Virus record (IMG/VR): IMGVR_UViG_3300038492_000211
Span: 1-28,785 of that record
Direction: 5' to 3' (one strand)
DNA: 28,785 nucleotides
From: a virus
Lineage: Duplodnaviria > Caudoviricetes
The position numbers were made by a program, and so were the translations under genes. The notes below the pieces were generated by a model. It did no database searches. It was given only the letters and a program-made list of their open reading frames with translations, and was not told where the DNA came from. Positions 26,242 through 28,785 of the stretch are shown piece by piece (positions within the stretch are counted from its first letter, which is position 1; each line of letters begins with the position of its first letter).

Positions 26242-26552
26242 ACCTTCAGTACCTCATAAATTCTCTTGATCTTTTTCTCGTCTTCATTCGACCAATTCAC
26301 GAGGTTCGTATTCAATGGCAGCAGCCACTGGACCAACTCCTGGCACGGCTTACGCCCCTGAATCACACCCATTTGACCCATCGACATTATTGAAATCTCG
26401 CAAGCACTATCATCGCCCTGACTGGCTGTGATGCGTATCATGTTCAGCGCGCCGCTTTCAGTCCGCTCGACAATCTTAGCTTGCAGCCGCTTTGCCGCGC
26501 CATCCTGGTCATACTCAAAAACGATTGCTGTATTTGCTACTTGATTAAACAT
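26238..26552 (-). CDS. Hypothetical protein
   Basis: 104 aa; GAGGT RBS. Confidence 0.7.
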   Translation of the reverse strand: MFNQVANTAIVFEYDQDGAAKRLQAKIVERTESGALNMIRITASQGDDSACEISIMSMGQMGVIQGRKPCQELVQWLLPLNTNLVNWSNEDEKKIKRIYEVLKV

Positions 26553-26612
26553 CTAAAGACCTCGCTGATTCTGCCGATACTCTTTTCAGTAACGCACCAA
26601 AGAGGTATCACC

Positions 26613-26801
26613 ATGCAATTCTACAAAACACCTGAGCTAAACGAGCTTGTCAACGACATCACCACCAAAAACCTGGAACTTGGCGAACGCGTCACCAAGG
26701 CATCCGAAGACGATAGAGCGCTGATCTATCGAAAGTATCAGCTCAGACGAAAGTGTTTGCGAGAAATTTGGCGCTTTGTCAATTGTCATACTGTAGAATA
26801 A
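26613..26801 (+). CDS. Small helical protein, the only plausible plus-strand gene
   Basis: AGAGGT RBS then ATG 26613; MQFYKTPELNELVNDITTKNLELGERV...; occupies a gap between minus-strand genes. Confidence 0.55.
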   Translation: MQFYKTPELNELVNDITTKNLELGERVTKASEDDRALIYRKYQLRRKCLREIWRFVNCHTVE

Positions 26802-26934
26802 TATAGACACTCGCATTCAATGCGCAAGGTTTTTTTTCATCTTGCGCACTTGCCTTTCTGGGCGGCTTACATTTCGGCATCGGTGTGGTGGTCTTCGTTG
26901 CTGGCAATTGACTGCCAGGTTGCCATGACTTCAT
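26779..26934 (-). CDS. Small Pro/Lys-rich peptide
   Basis: ATG directly after the RNase H stop; MKSWQPGSQLPATKTTTPMPKCKPP. Confidence 0.45.
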   Translation of the reverse strand: MKSWQPGSQLPATKTTTPMPKCKPPRKASAQDEKKPCALNASVYIILQYDN

Positions 26935-26935
26935 T

Positions 26936-27667
26936 TTACTTCCTTCCATAGTCTGCTGGATTTTCACCCCAAAAAGTCGTATGCCACTTTCTGAACCGCC
27001 CCTTAGTGAAATCAGTATTCGACCTTAACCACCCCAGCGCATCCTGAACCATTTCTTTCACCTGATCCGGACAATCATCACGCTTGAGAATGACCGAGTT
27101 CACCTTGCAGCGCCGAACCCATGATAACGCCGTCTTGCTATCCGAATAGATGAGCATATCCATCTGACGATTTTCGAGGTACTGCAAGCCTTTGACCAAG
27201 CCCAGGAATTCAGCGATCGACGCACCACCACCACGATATGGACCATCGCTAAAAATGATCGCGTTTTGCGGCAGTCCTATTGCCTGATATTCCATCCGGT
27301 CCAGATTGCCAAGATATGAGCCGTCAACAACGATACACGGCAACTCAAGGCGTTCTTGGCGTTGTACCACTGCTTGGGCCTCTTTACGCTGCTGGCGCTT
27401 CTCTGCGCGTCTCTCATAACGATTCCTGCGCCGTGCTTCCTTCTTTAGTTGATCGTGTGATTTTTGAGATGTGTTTTTGCCCGGCAAACCACGGACATAA
27501 ATCAGCGGATCCCGCTTTAAAGCTTCCTTCGCTTCCCCGCGCGAATGGAAACCCTTGTAAACAGGACCGCTGTAACCATTGACCTGCTCGTAACATTCAG
27601 ACCATGAATCGTATACGCCTGGCTTTCTCCCTTTCCAGACGACGTAATGAGTGAAGCGTCTTGCCAT
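26936..27667 (-). CDS. rnhA: Ribonuclease HI with N-terminal hybrid-binding (caulimovirus viroplasmin) domain
   Basis: YVVWKGRKPGVYDSWSECYEQVNGYSGPVYKGF; VVDGS, AEFLGLV, IYSDSKTALSWV and WGENPADYGRK (Bacillus halodurans-type RNase H1). ATG 27667. Confidence 0.93.
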   Translation of the reverse strand: MARRFTHYVVWKGRKPGVYDSWSECYEQVNGYSGPVYKGFHSRGEAKEALKRDPLIYVRGLPGKNTSQKSHDQLKKEARRRNRYERRAEKRQQRKEAQAVVQRQERLELPCIVVDGSYLGNLDRMEYQAIGLPQNAIIFSDGPYRGGGASIAEFLGLVKGLQYLENRQMDMLIYSDSKTALSWVRRCKVNSVILKRDDCPDQVKEMVQDALGWLRSNTDFTKGRFRKWHTTFWGENPADYGRK

Positions 27668-27682
27668 GCTATCCACCTTTCA

Positions 27683-28573
27683 TCATAACTGATTACTAAC
27701 CAACTCAACCAATGCATCGACGTAATCCGCACCGTCCAACCTGATAAGACGATCGCAAAGTGCGTCCTGATGCTCCTGCGGACATTGATCAATCACGCTT
27801 GGCATCGCTGGTACCAATGACTGACCGACCGGCGCAGACTGCTGCAACCATGTGTGAGTAAACACGCACAACGATTTCAAATTGCACGCATCTGCCATGT
27901 GTGCCGGACCCGAGTCAATCCCCACAAACAGCTCAGCACGCTCAAGTACGTACTGCAGTTTGCCAAGTGACCAGTCTTCAAATTCCAACGTCGACGTCAC
28001 ACCCTCAGGCAAATTATCTACCCGATCCCATTTAAAACCCGTGTGATTCTCGAGCAATAGCGTTGGTCCGTTCTCTCCGAGTCGTTTCAGTATCTGATCG
28101 CGACCTGGCAATGTCTTTTCCTTGGTACCGCCCTGTGCATGCACAACGTACGCAAACCGCTCGCTGAGTTCCAGGCTATCATCTGGCATTGCTGGCATCA
28201 GCAATCGACTTGACAATTCCACTTGCATCTCGCGCGCAATGATGTCGACACGGTGTTCATTTAATCGCACGCCGCCCTGTATCGTTTCCAGCGGGACAAT
28301 GTCGACAACATCATACCCTTGAACCCTACCAAGCGCTTGGCCTTCGTTAATGACGCCCACCATGCCCTCAGCATAGCTTGCAGCGTGATGCCAAGGATTC
28401 ATCACCGTGTGATAGCTTTCGATACCGTTGATTAACAGCTCATCGTCGACAACCCGCTCAAGCAGCGCCAGGCTTACCTCATCCGTTTTCATGAGTTCTC
28501 TAAGTGTCGGCGTCAGAAACATTACGTCACCGATTCCATGCGGGAACACTATCAATCGCTTTGTCTTGCTCAT
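27683..28573 (-). CDS. Glycosyltransferase family 9 (ADP-heptose:LPS heptosyltransferase-like)
   Basis: HGIGDVMFLTPTLREL and AELFVGIDSGPAHMADA; ATGA-coupled start at 28573 (track gives 28618). Confidence 0.9.
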   Translation of the reverse strand: MSKTKRLIVFPHGIGDVMFLTPTLRELMKTDEVSLALLERVVDDELLINGIESYHTVMNPWHHAASYAEGMVGVINEGQALGRVQGYDVVDIVPLETIQGGVRLNEHRVDIIAREMQVELSSRLLMPAMPDDSLELSERFAYVVHAQGGTKEKTLPGRDQILKRLGENGPTLLLENHTGFKWDRVDNLPEGVTSTLEFEDWSLGKLQYVLERAELFVGIDSGPAHMADACNLKSLCVFTHTWLQQSAPVGQSLVPAMPSVIDQCPQEHQDALCDRLIRLDGADYVDALVELVSNQL

Positions 28574-28785
28574 ACCGTCTCCATTATTTTGGCGATTTTC
28601 TGGCATTGTTTTGTCCATGTCAGTTCATGTATTGGCTGAGTTTCGTGGAGAACTTGCACGGCGCTGGCATTTGCTATCAGCATTTCACCAACGGCTTGCA
28701 GCATATGGTTTCTGTTAGCGTATTGACTTAGCCCGCGTTGGTGTATTCCATCAAAAGCTGTCGCCATATCTTCATCCAGCTCATA
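28570..28785 (-). CDS. C-terminus of a gene starting outside the window, possibly a GT-B glycosyltransferase
   Basis: Frame is open to the window edge (YELDEDMATAF...HELTWTKQCQKIAKIMETV*); the terminal TW..helix resembles GT4 ends; coupled to GT9. Confidence 0.45.
   Translation of the reverse strand, partial: YELDEDMATAFDGIHQRGLSQYANRNHMLQAVGEMLIANASAVQVLHETQPIHELTWTKQCQKIAKIMETV

Noticed and set aside
1-28785. CRISPR array, diversity-generating retroelement, integrase/att site, contractile sheath
   Set aside because: No spaced repeats, reverse transcriptase, recombinase or sheath motifs were seen by eye; the hub duplication is diverged at the protein level, not a TR/VR pair.

Overview
A 28.8 kb fragment of a tailed dsDNA phage or prophage, siphovirus-like (HK97-fold capsid, tail tube, no sheath), with almost all genes on the minus strand. 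In transcription order (right to left): a truncated ORF, a GT9 glycosyltransferase and a hybrid-binding-domain RNase HI; about 8 kb of small, translationally coupled accessory ORFs including an MT-A70 adenine methyltransferase and two long intergenic RNA hairpins; then the virion module (portal, MuF, prohead protease, major capsid, decoration protein, GT2-TPR glycosyltransferase, connector, gp10-like, tail terminator, tail tube, frameshifted assembly chaperone, tape measure, hub, Dit-like CBM/LamG protein) and a truncated beta-helix tailspike that the ORF track missed. No terminase, integrase or lysis gene is visible. Most interesting: (1) proteins inside the virion operon carry Sec signal peptides and many FCB-type D-[S/T] O-glycosylation sequons, alongside phage glycosyltransferases; (2) an A9 run joins portal to MuF by a -1 shift, mirroring the A9 site in the tail chaperone; (3) two long intergenic hairpins. 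Bases 1-17 are an amplification primer, not phage DNA. All functional calls come from motif recognition and gene order; no database searches were run.
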